A stretch of DNA of 63,094 nucleotides, filler included, from Choristocarpus tenellus KU-1152 (lineage: Eukaryota > Protista > Phaeophyceae): NCBI GenBank assembly GCA_964200185.2. It is 7 parts of 7 records of this genome, joined end to end, with 100 filler letters (N's around TTAATTAATTAA, not from the genome) between each part and the next. Parts side by side here need not be neighbours in the genome. Positions count along the whole stretch, not along the records: positions 32,589 to 36,188 come from CAXNAD020019025.1; positions 36,289 to 41,815 come from CAXNAD020010520.1; positions 41,916 to 47,590 come from CAXNAD020010049.1; positions 47,691 to 53,093 come from CAXNAD020010899.1; 3 more parts are not named here. The stretch is one strand, 5' to 3'. The notes below the pieces were generated by a model. That model saw nothing but the letters and a program-made list of their open reading frames with translations. It was not told the origin of the DNA and searched no databases. The position numbers were made by a program, and so were the translations under genes. Positions 35,690 through 49,604 of the stretch are shown here, one piece after another. The first letter of the stretch is position 1. Each line of letters begins with the position of its first letter.

Positions 35690-36589
35690 CTGCCAGGAGA
35701 TGACAAAAGAGAGCGGCAATGTTTGTAGTTACGTATCTAGGATAGGGACGTGACTTTTTCCATACTATAAACTATTGAGAGGGTACGACTAGAGCTCTAG
35801 ATCTTGCTCAAGTCTCAAATCTCAAGTCTCAAGTGAAAATCTTGGCAGAAAGTCTTACAACTCACTTCCAGATAGTCAAATTAGCAATTAGTGGGTTTTT
35901 TTCCCTTAAAGCGATCGCCATATTCTACAACAATCCTTGGAAATATGAAGATCGCAATGCTGACTTAGCTTTTCATAGATATTCATCAAGATTGTTTGGC
36001 CGATCACTCCACCTCACGCTCTTGGCCTGTGTCGAACACACGATATCTTTTTTTGGTCCTTACTGTATTGCCATCACCACACAGTTCTTGCAGAGACAAC
36101 AATCAACTACCTAACAAATAACTTGATGGCATTTGACTAACACCACATGGTGTGTCAGTCAAAGTATCTGAGGGGGCTGGTGGCTGTCNNNNNNNNNNNN
36201 NNNNNNNNNNNNNNNNNNNNNNNNNNNNNNNNTTAATTAATTAANNNNNNNNNNNNNNNNNNNNNNNNNNNNNNNNNNNNNNNNNNNNTGCACTTTTCCT
36301 GGTTTTGACCCAAATGGACACCCTGGTGTAGACCCCCCCTCCCCAGATACTTTGGGTCTTCGTCAGAACTCTGATAAACCCCTAACGAGATCGCTTATTT
36401 CCTTCATAGGTCAGGAGTTTTACTAACGTTATCTCTTGTGTGGGAGCAATCTTGTTCAAAAAAGCATTTAACAGTCGATTTCAATCTTATTTTTAGGAAG
36501 AAAACGCTAAGATTGAAAAAAATATTACCCCAATATTGTTCCCGAATAGGAGATGGCTTACGGTGAGTCATCTTGTCAGCAGTAGGTTG

Positions 36590-37850
36590 GAGGTTTAGTA
36601 GAATTCTAACAAGTACCACTAATAATCACGACGGATCGAATCCAGTCATGGTTAAACATCCGCCAAAAAAAGGCTAAACATTTCACCAGGATAATACAAC
36701 CACACTTTTGTAACCGGATCGTTGAAGTTAGTAACTGATTAGAATGATAGTAATCTTCAGGCGAAACCTCACCAACTGGAAGATCTTTTGATCCCCAGGA
36801 TTACCTTTTATTAAACTTAGTAGGCCTCACATAGGAGTTTAGTAGGGTGAGTTATCTACTCGGTAGTTCAGGGTTTACTGAAGTTCTGACAAAACCTAAT
36901 CCTGGGGATCGCAAGCCGTTAGATCTAGTAGAGGTTTCGATGGAGGGTTACTATCCCTCTAATCAGTGACTAATTTTGGTAGGGTACTAAAGTGCGGTCG
37001 TGTTGTTTGATCGTGTTCACCTCTTTTTACCTTTTTTTGTAAGAGTTGATATATCTCCTCAGTACCTCAGGGGTTTACTAGATTTCTAACATAAACAAAT
37101 TTCGTGAGATTGAATCTCGCATGGTTACACATCCATTTATATCTAAAAAAAGGCTAAACATGTCACCAGGATAACACAACCACACTTTTGTAACCAGATC
37201 GTCCAAGTTAGTCACCGATGAGAAAGATGGCAATCTTCAGCGAAACCTCACCAACTGGAAGATCTTGCGATCCCCAGAATTACCTTTTATTATAACTTTA
37301 TTAGTAGTAGTAGTAGACCCCAGCTAGGAGTTTAATAGGGTGAGTTATCTACTCTGTAGTTCTGGGTTTACTAAAGTTCTGACAAAACCTAATCCTGGGG
37401 ATCGCAAGTCGTTAGATTTAGTAAGGTTTCGACCGAGGGTTACTATTCCTCTAACTACTGAAGAAGTGGTTTTTGTTATTTTATCGTGTTACTAGATTTC
37501 TAACATAACTAATTTCGTGATATTGAATCTCGCATGGTTACACATCCATTTATATCTCATTGATACCTCAGGGTTTACAGTTCTAATATGCACCAGTCGC
37601 GAGGGATCGAATCCCGTCATGGTTACACATCGGAAAAACCGGAAAACTCGCCGCCTTTTGTAATTCCCAACTCCCTGCTGAAGTTAGTCACTGATTAAAG
37701 GGATATCAACCCTCGGGTGAAACAGAGTCTAAGAGCTTTCGATCCCAGGGATTAGCTTTTGATAGAAATTTAGTGACTACCACCCAGGTAGTTCACAGGT
37801 TCTGACTATCTCAATAGTAACTCAATGGTTTACTAAAGTTCTAACATTAT
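36590..37850. repeat. Tandem array of ~480-bp units (2 near-complete, 1 partial), each an imperfect long palindrome
   Basis: AAGTTAGT.AC.GAT at 36725, 37205 and 37681; AAAAAAAGGCTAAACA at 36665 and 37145. Within unit 1, 36665-36825 is the inverted counterpart of 36871-37039, including the perfect pair GATCCCCAGGATTA (36790-36803) / TAATCCTGGGGATC (36897-36910). Confidence 0.85.
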
Positions 37851-38396
37851 CCACCCCCTCCAAACAATAAGTCACTAGCTGGCTGGGGTACAGTACAACA
37901 TTCGTGCTCATCAACCGGAGACTCCTGACTTCCTCTGTAAACTTTCACAATAGTAGAGGGAGTTCGCTATGGCAAATTTACAACAGGTTTCCTGTTTGTA
38001 CTGCATCGACAGATATCCAGATTTTGGAGAAAGTCACACCTTGCATGTTTCCTTATACAGGCACACCGATCAGTAAGAATATTGTTATCACAAGGAATAA
38101 AGCAACAGCTGCAGGCAATGTTGGTGGAGAGACACTGCACCGCTTTCTACACCTTTCAAACACATTCCAGCCTGCCCTTGACCAGACAAGCCCATTGTGG
38201 TCCTTCCTCCTCACTATATCTGTCACCACCATTAATGAAGTGTGTGTATAGTAGTACACACCTCTTCCCACTATTTTGTGGTACATATTTCCCATAGGAA
38301 CTAAATATTAATTCACACACTACAGCAGAATGATACTACTAAACATATTGGTTTACAGTATCCATCGCCAAGTCACCAACACCTCATACTGACTGA

Positions 38397-38654
38397 GAGT
38401 CAAATCATCTAAGAGGGTAGAGCCGTGTCCGTTGGGGGTCTAAGTCCAATGTGGTGATTTTGATGTCATTTTGGCTATCATGTTTGTTAGTAAGTGTCAA
38501 TATCCTTGTTCTGGACGCACCTTTTCAGAACGTATACATTTTATATACTCCGAAACATTTCGGAATACGAAAATGTCATAAAAAACCCCATGGGAAGCCA
38601 AGCCCCAAACGGACAAACAGAACAAAACTCGTACCCTCTAAGATACTTTCACTC
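38397..38654 (+). mobile_element. MITE, subfamily A (258 bp), TSD TGA
   Basis: TIRs GAGTCAAATCATCTAAGAGGGTA / TACCCTCTAAGATACTTTCACTC, with TGA on both flanks. The internal sequence is homologous to four other copies in the window. Confidence 0.9.
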
Positions 38655-38699
38655 TGAGTTACTCATACATTCCGATCTCAGGTATCAATGGCCACTGCT

Positions 38700-41200
38700 C
38701 ATCTTCTGGGTGGAGCTGATGGCGTATTGTGTTGAGCTTTGCTCATAAGGAAGAATGCAAACTCCCTTTTTTTAGGAGTTGTAATCTTGACCATAGGGAA
38801 TCTTTGGCATCTTCCACTGGTCACACTACGTCTTTTTCGGTGTGGTGTATCACAACTGTGCCATCTATATTTTCTCGAGGTGGTCCGAAATCAAAATGCT
38901 TGAGTGGCGAGAAAAATGTAGGCAACCCTCAGAACTAACCTTCAGCAAGCATTGAATTAACTTCACAATGGTGTCATGGATGGAATTGTGTTTTAAGTTC
39001 TCTGAAACAGGATAGTCGTCCACACTGGCAATGAAGACTTGGGCATAAATAACCAACAATACATGGTACAGTCTGATGTGTCATGTATTGCAATTTCCAA
39101 ACAGGGTAAAGCCATAGGTAACAACCCCATGTGACAGTGCCATGAGGCGAATGACGAACATCTGCGCAATCTCAGCGGGCATGGGGAGGCTTACCTACCT
39201 CTCTGTCCACACAATATTGTTTGCGTCTACAGCAATCGAGCTCAGACCACATTGCATTATGCACCTCATCATCATGGAGTACACATACATGCCGCCCCTT
39301 CACCTTTAACCAATCGTGTTGGCCTTAAAGTGAATACACACAGATCAAACACAATACAAAGTTCAACCATGTTTACTCTTCTCCTCCTAATCTCACATCC
39401 CACTCGTTATCACTTTAAAACCTGTCCTCCATCTAGGGCATAATTATGAGGAACTTTGAACAGGAAAAGGGGATAGTGAGTGCCACCTGAGGGATGATTA
39501 CCGGGTGGGTCAAGGGTACTGAAACATTCCACAATGGTTCCACCAACGACCAACACATTCACCATATACACAACATGGAGGAAGTATGGCTGTTAAGACA
39601 CTACTAAGCACACTGGTGTTGGTGCCGACACAGACATATTCTTTTGACCCTATGCGGATAAGCATATGTGCGTATACTGACTGCAAGAGGCACGACTGTG
39701 TGCAGGGTCCCTATACCATCACATAGTTCCCCAAAACCTTTGCTGCCTGCCTAAACATCCACAACAAGGTTCAGAATGTAGGCCTACTGAAATGGGCAAT
39801 TGTCAAGCATCTCTATTGTCACTAACAGTGTAGGAGTCTTGATTTTTTTAATTGAAAAATGCACAAGGTCAATTCCGACTGAATTTTGCAACTTCTGGAC
39901 TAGGCACCCAAGAGTAACAGTGTACACTCGGAAGGTCAGGTGTGATATGAGAAGATCGGGACTGGGGACCCTTTTATTGTGTGGGCTAAGCCAGAAATGT
40001 GTACTTTGTAACTTTTTGAACCAGACGACCGGAGGGGACAATTGTATACTCTGATTAGCTCAAAATCGAACTAACTCTCTGTTCATATTCTTTGACTTTA
40101 GGACGAACACTCCCAAAGGAAACAAAGATATAATTTGATCACTGTTTAGGGGTGGCCGAATGATGCGGGATTCTGGACCATTCTGGACCCTTCTATTGTA
40201 GGCCACACTCACTTGACTAAAATATCTGCCGCTACACTTTATTTGATGCTGTTTATTTCGTGTTCACCTGCTGTGATCTCACTAATGATTACTTCGAAGT
40301 AAGAATTAGTAAGTGACTTCTCTAGTATTTCTCAAATATCACAAGATAAGGTGTAAGGACAGCACAAAGGTTCTGTCCTTTGACTCCAAGCAGGTACTTG
40401 TTGCTTACTACTTAATCATCGCGTACTTGATACAGGTCCATCTTGGAACAACTTTCACATGGTAGCACACAACCTTTGCATTCCGTGACCTCCTGTATTC
40501 GTGTCTCCCCCTCAACCTCACTTTCATCCACCTCTTTCATTGCTAGGTACTTTTTGATAAGGGCTAGGAAAGATTTTATCCTCATATTTTTGAATCATTA
40601 GCTTTTCTGAGGGGGCTGTTCTACAAGAAGCAGTGGGATTGTGTCATACTTTTTGCTGGTGGCAGGGAGTCAGTACCTTGTCAGTGTATCATCATTGGTA
40701 GTACAAAATATGTCATCTGGAGAAACTAGGTTGAATCCATCATCTACCTTACTGGTAAACTTAAAATCGAAGCCCACTGCCTGCTATGTGAAATAAACGG
40801 ACTTGATTATATATCCTTTAGTGTAATGGACATTTGGACACCTGATAGGGGATTCTTTGTCGATGAAAGGAATACACTGGTATCTCTCGCTGTCAGACTT
40901 TTGGGAATATGCACCTTATCGTTCCACTAACGGAATGCCTTCAAGACATGGCTGAAGGAATGGCCTTCCTCAGGGATATGTTTTGACTCCCCGCCACTGC
41001 TATTGATGCTCTTAGCATAATGAGGACAAGCCCTAGGACGTATTCTCCAAGCATCCTACATGCTCTCCACTCCAGGCAACAGAATGGTGTACATGCTGCC
41101 ATTTGGGCAAGCGAACAGTACACCCCACTAGACGACTGGGCTGGGTATTGGCCACCTTCTAACGAACAATACACACATCAAGGATAAAAACTTATCTTAA
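38700..41200 (-). mobile_element. Possible decayed LTR-retrotransposon (gypsy-like) remnant
   Basis: Only weak, frame-broken resemblances: zinc-knuckle-like near 41020-41070 and integrase-N-like near 39140-39240. No intact ORF. Confidence 0.25.
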
Positions 41201-41674
41201 TGCGTATTCCTATACATACGAATATACTACACTCCAAAACTAACCTTCATATACAGACGTGAATTGGACAACAGTGCAATCACCTAAATAATCTATCAAC
41301 CCATACTCACACTACTTCCCAACTGTGCTCTTACCCTACCCATCCATACTCCTAGATCACATCACACCTTATAACTAATCTTGCTGTTTTGTTCTTTTAA
41401 ACGAATACAAGTAGTGTAGGGTATATATCTTCTTTTAGGTAGTAAGATTGAATAACGAATCAGATCTGTTGGGGTAGGTAACAAAATCGAAGGAGACGAG
41501 TTATTGTGTGTGGAAAGACAAAACTCCATTTTTTCTCTTCTGAACTACTAAGTATACATACACAAGTATAAGTATACTTTGTTTTGTTCACGAATTCTGT
41601 ATTATTATTATTATTTTATTTCTATTTTTGCATTCCTCCCTAATCCTCTTCTCTCCCTATTCTAACAACCCTTG

Positions 41675-41815
41675 TGACCAACCAGGGCAAAACCCCTTTT
41701 GCCATTGATTTCCAGTCACCCCAACTCTGATGACCAACCAGGGCAAACCCCTTTTGCCACTGATTTCCAGTCACCCCTACCATCCGATGACCAACCCGGG
41801 CGAACCCCCATTCGC
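41675..41815. repeat. ~55-57-bp tandem repeat, 2.5 copies, cut by the contig end
   Basis: TGACCAACCAGGGCAAA(A)CCCCTTTTGCCA.TGATTTCCAGTCACCCC repeats at ~41676, ~41731 and ~41788. Confidence 0.85.
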
Positions 41816-41977
41816 NNNNNNNNNNNNNNNNNNNNNNNNNNNNNNNNNNNNNNNNNNNNTTAATTAATTAANNNNNNNNNNNNNNNNNNNNNNNNNNNNN
41901 NNNNNNNNNNNNNNNGTTGTTGTTTTTGGAGGGTGTGAATTTTGGATGGTTTTTTTGTTTTTTTTTTTTTTTGTTTT

Positions 41978-42012
<35 letters not shown>

Positions 42013-43596
42013 GAATGTAAGGTCATTCACAAGGTCATCTCAAGGTTAGGGTGTTTGGTTACTTCAGCCATGGTGGATGGTTAGTGTTTGATGCGCAGTG
42101 GTGAGGGGACGTAGATGCCATGGAATGAAATAGGGAAAGGGGGAACGAAAGGTTGTGCCCAAAGGTGTTATTTGCATTGCAGTCAAGCAGAGTGAAGGAG
42201 GGGCAATGTGGGTTGCTGGTTCATTTGTCATGAAAGCTCTTGTTAGTAATGGTGACGAGGTGTGATAAGGCTGACTGGAGCGAGGCACACATGTTGTTAT
42301 TGCACCATACATAAATGTAAGGTAGCAAGGAGGGCGGTGTGTTGAGTTGTTTGGCCATGCTGTCTAGGTGTGGAAAGGTAATACTATATACCAATGAGGA
42401 CTAAGCAAGCCCTGGTAAGTTTTACGTGCCTCTAGATGGGTTATGGATTCGAAGGGAGAGAGGGGAATGATCAAGCAAGTCTATTGCAGTACGTAGCATT
42501 TAGAACAGCAGATACAGCCTTGGAAAGGCTTGAAACATACTCAGTTTTTGGAATGGGAGGTAGCGAATATGCATGCATAGCTTGCTTGACAAGTCTCTGC
42601 ATAATTAGCATGTACCATGTACAACGAGAGTGGATGCATGGATGAGTACCTGGCTCTGTGATGTGCTGTTGTTATCAACCCACCAAGTTGGATTTAACAG
42701 TCTACTGCATTAAATACTATGCTGTTCCTCAGAGGTGTTGTAAAAGAGCTTTAGTTCATGCCAGTTCAAGGTTACAAAATGCGATGCTAGTAGCTATCAA
42801 GGAAAGAAGGTAGTTCCACTTTGTTAAACTGTGTACACTACATGGCTGTCTAAACGCAACATACTGAATCTACTGTGGACATTCATATTCCTGTTGTTTT
42901 GAGTAAATATACATGATACAGTAGTAGTCAATGGGTCTAAACACCTAGAAGTATGGATATCAGCCCTCAAACAACAATTCTGGCACGCTAAAAAACTTGT
43001 TATATCTTTTTTCTCTTTTTGGTTGTTGACGTAACTATGTGACAGTGCTTGCGGGATCCACTTTCTCGTAAACAGTGAAATGGATGTAGGTACAGCTTAC
43101 TAGAAGCGAACCTGTTGATAGTTGAAATTTCGTCAGAACAACACGCACGAAGAGATCGTGTTCATGCTTAGGCACAATCAAGAATTTCTAGGTAAGTAAA
43201 CATGGAAGTGATAAGAAGAGAGGACAGTAGTATGTTGACTGGGAAAGAAACCGGTATAATATAATTGTTGAATACAAGATATTGGCAATATACCTTCCAA
43301 CGTCTTACTGATCCGATCCCTAATATCCTCTTGGCAGGAATCTCCGATTTGTCCTCAAAATCACCCTACTAACAACTTTATTATCGTATTACAAAATATG
43401 TACTAATTAGTGGTAGTGAGAAAACAATATTATCAACACTTGAAAAACGTACTGTATGCGAAACAGAAAGGAAGGACTTAAAAGTGTATCTATCATTAAA
43501 GGTAACAAAGAAACATGTATGAAGTACAGGCACAATTACGCAAATATCATTTTGAAATTTTTCTCAAGTGTGGGATTTGAAAAACTGTTCAGTGAA

Positions 43597-43815
43597 AGTA
43601 CGAGAGGTACCTAGGTTTCGGGCATTTTGCGTTTGAAGTCACATTTTCCATCTTTTACAACTCACCCATATTTTTTTGGTCAAGTGCTAAGATTGACTTG
43701 AGAGGGTTTTTGATTGTCTAAACAACTTTGAGACAATTCTGTATTTTTGCTCAGACCTTCACACAGAAAGTCGAATTTTGCACATAACTGTCAGCATCCT
43801 AAGAAAGCAACCCTG
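43597..43815 (+). repeat. Dispersed repeat family C copy
   Basis: Diverged homologue of 26060-26295, ending TGTCAGCATCCTAAGAAAGCAACCCT. Confidence 0.7.
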
Positions 43816-46800
43816 CACCCCTCAAGCTTATCACTTCCTGTCAAGTGTGCATTCAAGTTCTGAAAATAACGGAGCGATCAACCACAGCCCGTCCACCACA
43901 CGGACAAGATCACTATCTCAACATGAGAATCTGGTGCAGTGACTGTGCGCAAAAACATCTCTACATATGCAACTAAGAGCCAAATCAATTAAGAGATTTG
44001 GCCCTTTTGCATTCTACTCTATGGTGTCATTCTTGAGCTGAACCAATTGAGAGGTAGGCAGGTTTGGACCCTTCCGCACTGTAAACCATATTTGTAAGTC
44101 TGTGCAATCACACTGTACTTCATTAATTTGTGTACACAAATATTTAACGCAAAATTGATATCCCCCCTTTCCACACACAGAGCGGCACCACAAATCAACA
44201 AAGGCTCTCTCTGCAATTGTACAAAATTGTGTCTTACTGCCCTTTCTCGGGATCCTTAAAATGCAACCCTCCCTGTCTCTTGGTTTGACTCAAATCAATA
44301 CCCAGAAACATTTAATTCCCATTGCTGTTAGTATAATCAGAAATAACTCTGATGGTACTTTACCCCGTCAATTCCTCGAGGTCTATTCTCATACAACCAG
44401 TCATTGTCAATTGAACCAGTCACAATTTTCGGTACTATTAATACACCAAACATGTATTCAAGTGTTAAATTGCACCATATTATAGCTTTGTACCATCTCA
44501 CCACCATTTATTCACCTCACATGGCACTCACTGATCTTACCCAGTGTTCTGGCAGTAGGTGGTTCAAGATCTTAAATACTTAGGGTTAGGGTTGGAGTAT
44601 GTGAAGTAGTGATTATTTTTCAGAGAAAGAGGCGCAAATCGGACACACCCATGTCAAAAGGGGAATGAGGAACTGAGCAATATTATGATAGTAATTACAA
44701 CAAGAGCAGCAATCATTTCAAACTAATATCAATCCAAACAGAATAGCAAGGGAGGAAAAAACAGAGGGTGTAAGAAGCACTGCAATATCACTTTAAGTAG
44801 TTAGCGTGTTTCACTCGCCTGATACATCACCATCCAATATGGAAAATGCCTCTACCGCCCCACACACCCCAAAAAAGGTCCGTATCTACCAATAGTAAGA
44901 CTCCCCCCCCTTGTGAAGAGCTAGGTTTTCGAGGCACAAGCAATCCCCAGACTAGAGCCCCAGATAAAAGCTCTCTCGAACTCTGCTCAATCATACTGAA
45001 ATCTCAGTTCTTGGGTCTAAAAAATCCCGTATCGCAGAAGAGTTGCAACAAAGTGCTCTAGGAGCCAGTATTGTTAAGGAAGAAGTAGAAGGCCACCCAG
45101 ACCCCTACAAAGATCCACTGCATGTTTCCGTTTGTCTTTCCAGAATCCTTAATCTGCGCCGCCACCGCATCTACCCCCGTGCTCTGCTGCTTTGACCTCT
45201 CCATCAGTTCCCTGCACTCCTCATGCGTGTAGAATGCCATCCGAAGGTATGACAACAAAGGGTACACACAAGATAATAATGCAGACGCGCCCGCGCACAA
45301 GACATCATACATTGAACCCATGGAGAATGCAACGGACCATCCGACACACACGTCAGGGGTGTCCAGTCCAGTCCAGCAGATCATTCAGTAACACATCGCA
45401 AACATCACAGGGCATGGAGGACAAGAGTGTGAGGGAAAAGCGAATCTTCAGTTACGATTTACTACGCTGGTAGTCGACAGACATTTTAGCAGTAGAAGCA
45501 TGAGGCAGTCGCCTAAAATCATTTCCCATGGAAGAGGAAGGACCAGGGGCAGCGGCCAGCAGGGAGGCAGAAAAAAAAAGAAGACAAAATAGGGGTTTAG
45601 TCCAGAAGGACAACTCAAGGTCACCTTGGCCCCCAGCAATACAAGGGTCCGTCGATCAGAGCCTCTGCAGGTTGAGAGGTTGGATCCTAAGCCTGTCGAA
45701 GCTAATTCAGTCAAAGCGCTCTATGAGGACTTTTCTTAATCCCCTGCCATGTTCTATTCCTTCCTTTCGCAATGTCGAAACATGCTCTCGATCCAAGTGA
45801 AATAGTAGGCATTATCACATCGTTATCGTCAGAAAAGAAGTCGAGTCAGACCTCTACAAGAAACAGTACCCGGAACAACCCCCTGATCATTTCAATAACA
45901 GTCACCGGAAACCAGCCGAGAGAGAGGTGGCCAAGAGAGGGTCAGATGACAGTGGGACATACTACGGTTATCAATTTTTACTTTACTGTTCACTGTAAGC
46001 ATCATGAGCGCAAAAGCTGCATGCTACCTCTCATCCTTACAAGTGTTTTAATTCCTCAACCCCTCTAATAAAGTTATCCCCCCCCCATGCAATCAATACC
46101 TACTGCAGATAAGATTCGACAAAAGGCCTCCCCACTTCCCAAAACACAGAGATAGCACTGTTACCTGATTTTTCCTACTGGATTCGCCCTCGGCGGCGGC
46201 ACCCTCAGTCCTACCGCCCCAGTGGAGCCAGAGGACATAGATCTCCCCCCGTTTAAGTTAAGAGAGTTGATACTAGCTGCAACATCCCGAAGTACCATCA
46301 GAACATCCTATGGGAGGGGAGGGAGAGGAGGGAGGGGTGGAAGGGGGGGGGGCAAGGATGTGTTAAATACTTCAATTTAGGGCACACAATTATTTTAATA
46401 ACTTCGCCACGACTTCCGACTCTATGGGGCTGGAAATCACACACGTAACCAGCTCAAGAGTCTACTCTAGAGCATGGGCAACGTGTTGGGAAAAGGAAGT
46501 AGAATATGTCCAGCATAACCAGAAGTATAATACAAGCACACCCCAGCACACAACATTGGTGGATCCAACTGCCGCTCCTCTCTTTGTTCTGGACCCTCTT
46601 CAACAGCACTGCATCTCATCGAATATCTCTACCAACTGCCTTGCCTCTGAGCAATCCGATCAGCACTTCACCTAAACCTAAGACATTAATATCAATATGT
46701 AGTACTCACAAGTACATAATCCTCCTCTATTCAACTGACCTCATGTCCCTCTTCAACACAAGCGCAATCCTCTCAAAACGTTGGAACATCAAAAACATCC

Positions 46801-48802
46801 CTGTCTGTCCCCTGCGGAGCACACGCTCCACTTGTCCCCCTTCCACCCCCTATTAAAAGTCCGCTCATTCAACTCAATCCCTAGATTACTAACCAGGCCT
46901 ATCTACTACTCTGTACAAGACATCTAGTGTATGTTTGGTCACTCACTTGAGCATGCCAACCTACTCAACCAATTGCTACCAATCGCACAGTCCAGAAATT
47001 TCCTCATGCCTTTGGTTACTATAACAAAACACCTCACAACACTGTCTGACTCCCTTCCGCTGCAATGTACACTCCAGTACATCAACTCATTACTTTCAAT
47101 TCCCTCTTCTTCCTCTTAAAGACATGTGAAATGGAACTGACACAACTACAAAAAAACTGCTCCACCCTGCCATCAAGAGCCCACAGCAGTCCATCACACT
47201 TCATCCTCACACCAACACATGTAATTTGTCGAACAAGGCAACCACGGGAGGCAACAGAGGCTGCTCCTACTCAAGGACTTTACAAGGGATAACAGAGAAG
47301 GGAAGGGTAGAATCTCTCCTTGAAGAGGGTTGAGTGACCCCATACCTGATGGCCTTCCTTAAGCGCCAATAGCATATCCCTTGTCTGCTTGTCGACATCT
47401 ACATACAGGTGAGACCCCAGGGACCGACACCCGTTCATGAAAGCCGGGAATATCGAGTGAAATACCCATATGAACTTTCAAAAAAATGGGGAAAATGTGG
47501 AAGGTAGGCGGGGGAGGGGAAGGGAAAAGGCAGGAGGGAGTATTGAAGTTGGTTGTTGGTGCCAATCAAGTGTGAACTATTCTATCTACCNNNNNNNNNN
47601 NNNNNNNNNNNNNNNNNNNNNNNNNNNNNNNNNNTTAATTAATTAANNNNNNNNNNNNNNNNNNNNNNNNNNNNNNNNNNNNNNNNNNNNGCGGTAGAAC
47701 AGTGTCGCCTGTAAACGGCATGCAACTGGAGTAGAAGTCACTGATGTGAACACTCCACGGTACAACATGTTTGTACTTGAATCAGGAGGAAGAGGTGAGG
47801 GACCCCCATCAAGGTCGTGTCCCCAGAGAGATTTTTAATCGTACAAAAATAAGGCAAAAAAAAAAAAAAAGATAGGACAAAACACACGCACACTAGACAA
47901 CCTCAGTGTCTTGAAATAAAAATACTAGCAATTTCCCATTCCCACAGCAAAAGTCAGTAAGAGACTCCAGGGCACTCCATGCCTGCTCTTTGGCAAAGCC
48001 CCTCCTTAACAATCAAACACACTTACTTCCATACATGCTCTCAACAGCTCCCATAATTAATCCCTTTTCTATGGCACAGTTCCCCATCCACCATGCACCA
48101 TTTGAGAAGCCGATCTCCAACGCATGACGCTGTTCTGACGGAGTCAAGTCCACGGATACAGCTGGTCACTAACCAAAAACATACCAAAGAGAGACACCAC
48201 AGCTACTCGATACAAAGAACTTCAGCAAGTACCACCAAAACAAGCTGGTGCTACAAAGGCGGCGGTCGTAGGAGTTCTCCCGAAAAGAGAACTGTGTAAT
48301 GTCCCTGCCAAAGACCAGAAGTTTGACGAGGCGCAGATAGCTTCATTGCAGCATTGAACAACACAACCGACCGCCCCCAAATCTGTACCTTCCCTCTGTG
48401 TCCCCTGTGCTAGGTCTGCACCAATCAAAGGATCACCCCGGGGTATTGAACACATGTCCATCTTCTACACAAGATGCATTCATAAAATGTACGTGGGAAA
48501 TATTGTTGCTCCTTCACCTCTTCCTGCAAAAACGGCAATTTTGTTCAATTTTGTTCAATTTTGTTCCCTTGAGCGCTAGTAATAACAACAACGCCTCTCC
48601 TCTCTACACCTCCAACCCAGGATACAAATGACTACATAAGCATCCCTTCTAGGAAAAGTATGTATGGCTGAGTCTGTAGCTCTTTGAAGGTGCGCTCAAC
48701 ATTGTACATACACTATGTATGTCCAGTCTTCCCCAGACAAAACACATCACCATCACCACGCACGTACCCCTAGCTTTTGAAAAAAACGCATATCCCTCAA
48801 CA

Positions 48803-48840
<38 letters not shown>

Positions 48841-48958
48841 ACCCCCCCACCACACCCCCACCAAAAAAAAAAAAAAAACAAAAAAAAAAATATATTAATA
48901 TTTTTCTCTTTTTTNNNNNNNNNNCACCCCCCCCCCCCCCCCCCCCCCTTTTGAAAAA

Positions 48959-48998
<40 letters not shown>

Positions 48999-49200
48999 TA
49001 CAAAATAACTGAACATCTAACAACCCCGTAAAAATATTTTATTCGAAAAAAAACAGTTTGTTTGTTCTTACGCTGCTGCTGTTGGATTTGGACCCTCCTG
49101 ACAAGAGCGCTTGAGAGGTAGAGACGGTCGGCATTCTGAACAGTGTTCAACAATACCAAATTAAGATCGTAAACAAAAACATACGCTTGTCTCTTCTCAC

Positions 49201-49565
49201 GTCCGGGTGTCCTGCCCGATGAAGTGCACTATCTTCCCGAGCTCAGAGGCTGCCCACGCAGTGACTGACGAGGATGCTCTGATGAGTTTCCCAGCCGTTT
49301 CCTGTCAAGGGTCAAAGCAGTGTCCAAGCAGAGTCAACCCTTGTCCATTACGTAAAGCAGTGCCCAGCAGCTGTTACATGTCGGTTACATATCAGGGATC
49401 TGTGTGTGAGGGTGATGGCCTAGAACAACCTTAACTTGACACCACGTCTGGACTCTGGACACCCTACAAGCTCTGCTCAGGATTGATGGTGTTGCTTTGA
49501 GCAAACACAGCAAACCTCTCTACCTCTCTAATGAAAATATTACGACTGCCTTCACTTGGAGGAGT

Positions 49566-49604
<39 letters not shown>

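Noticed and set aside
44580-44593. Telomere (TTAGGG repeats; also TAACCC at ~7256)
   Set aside because: Only about two internal copies, which is expected by chance.
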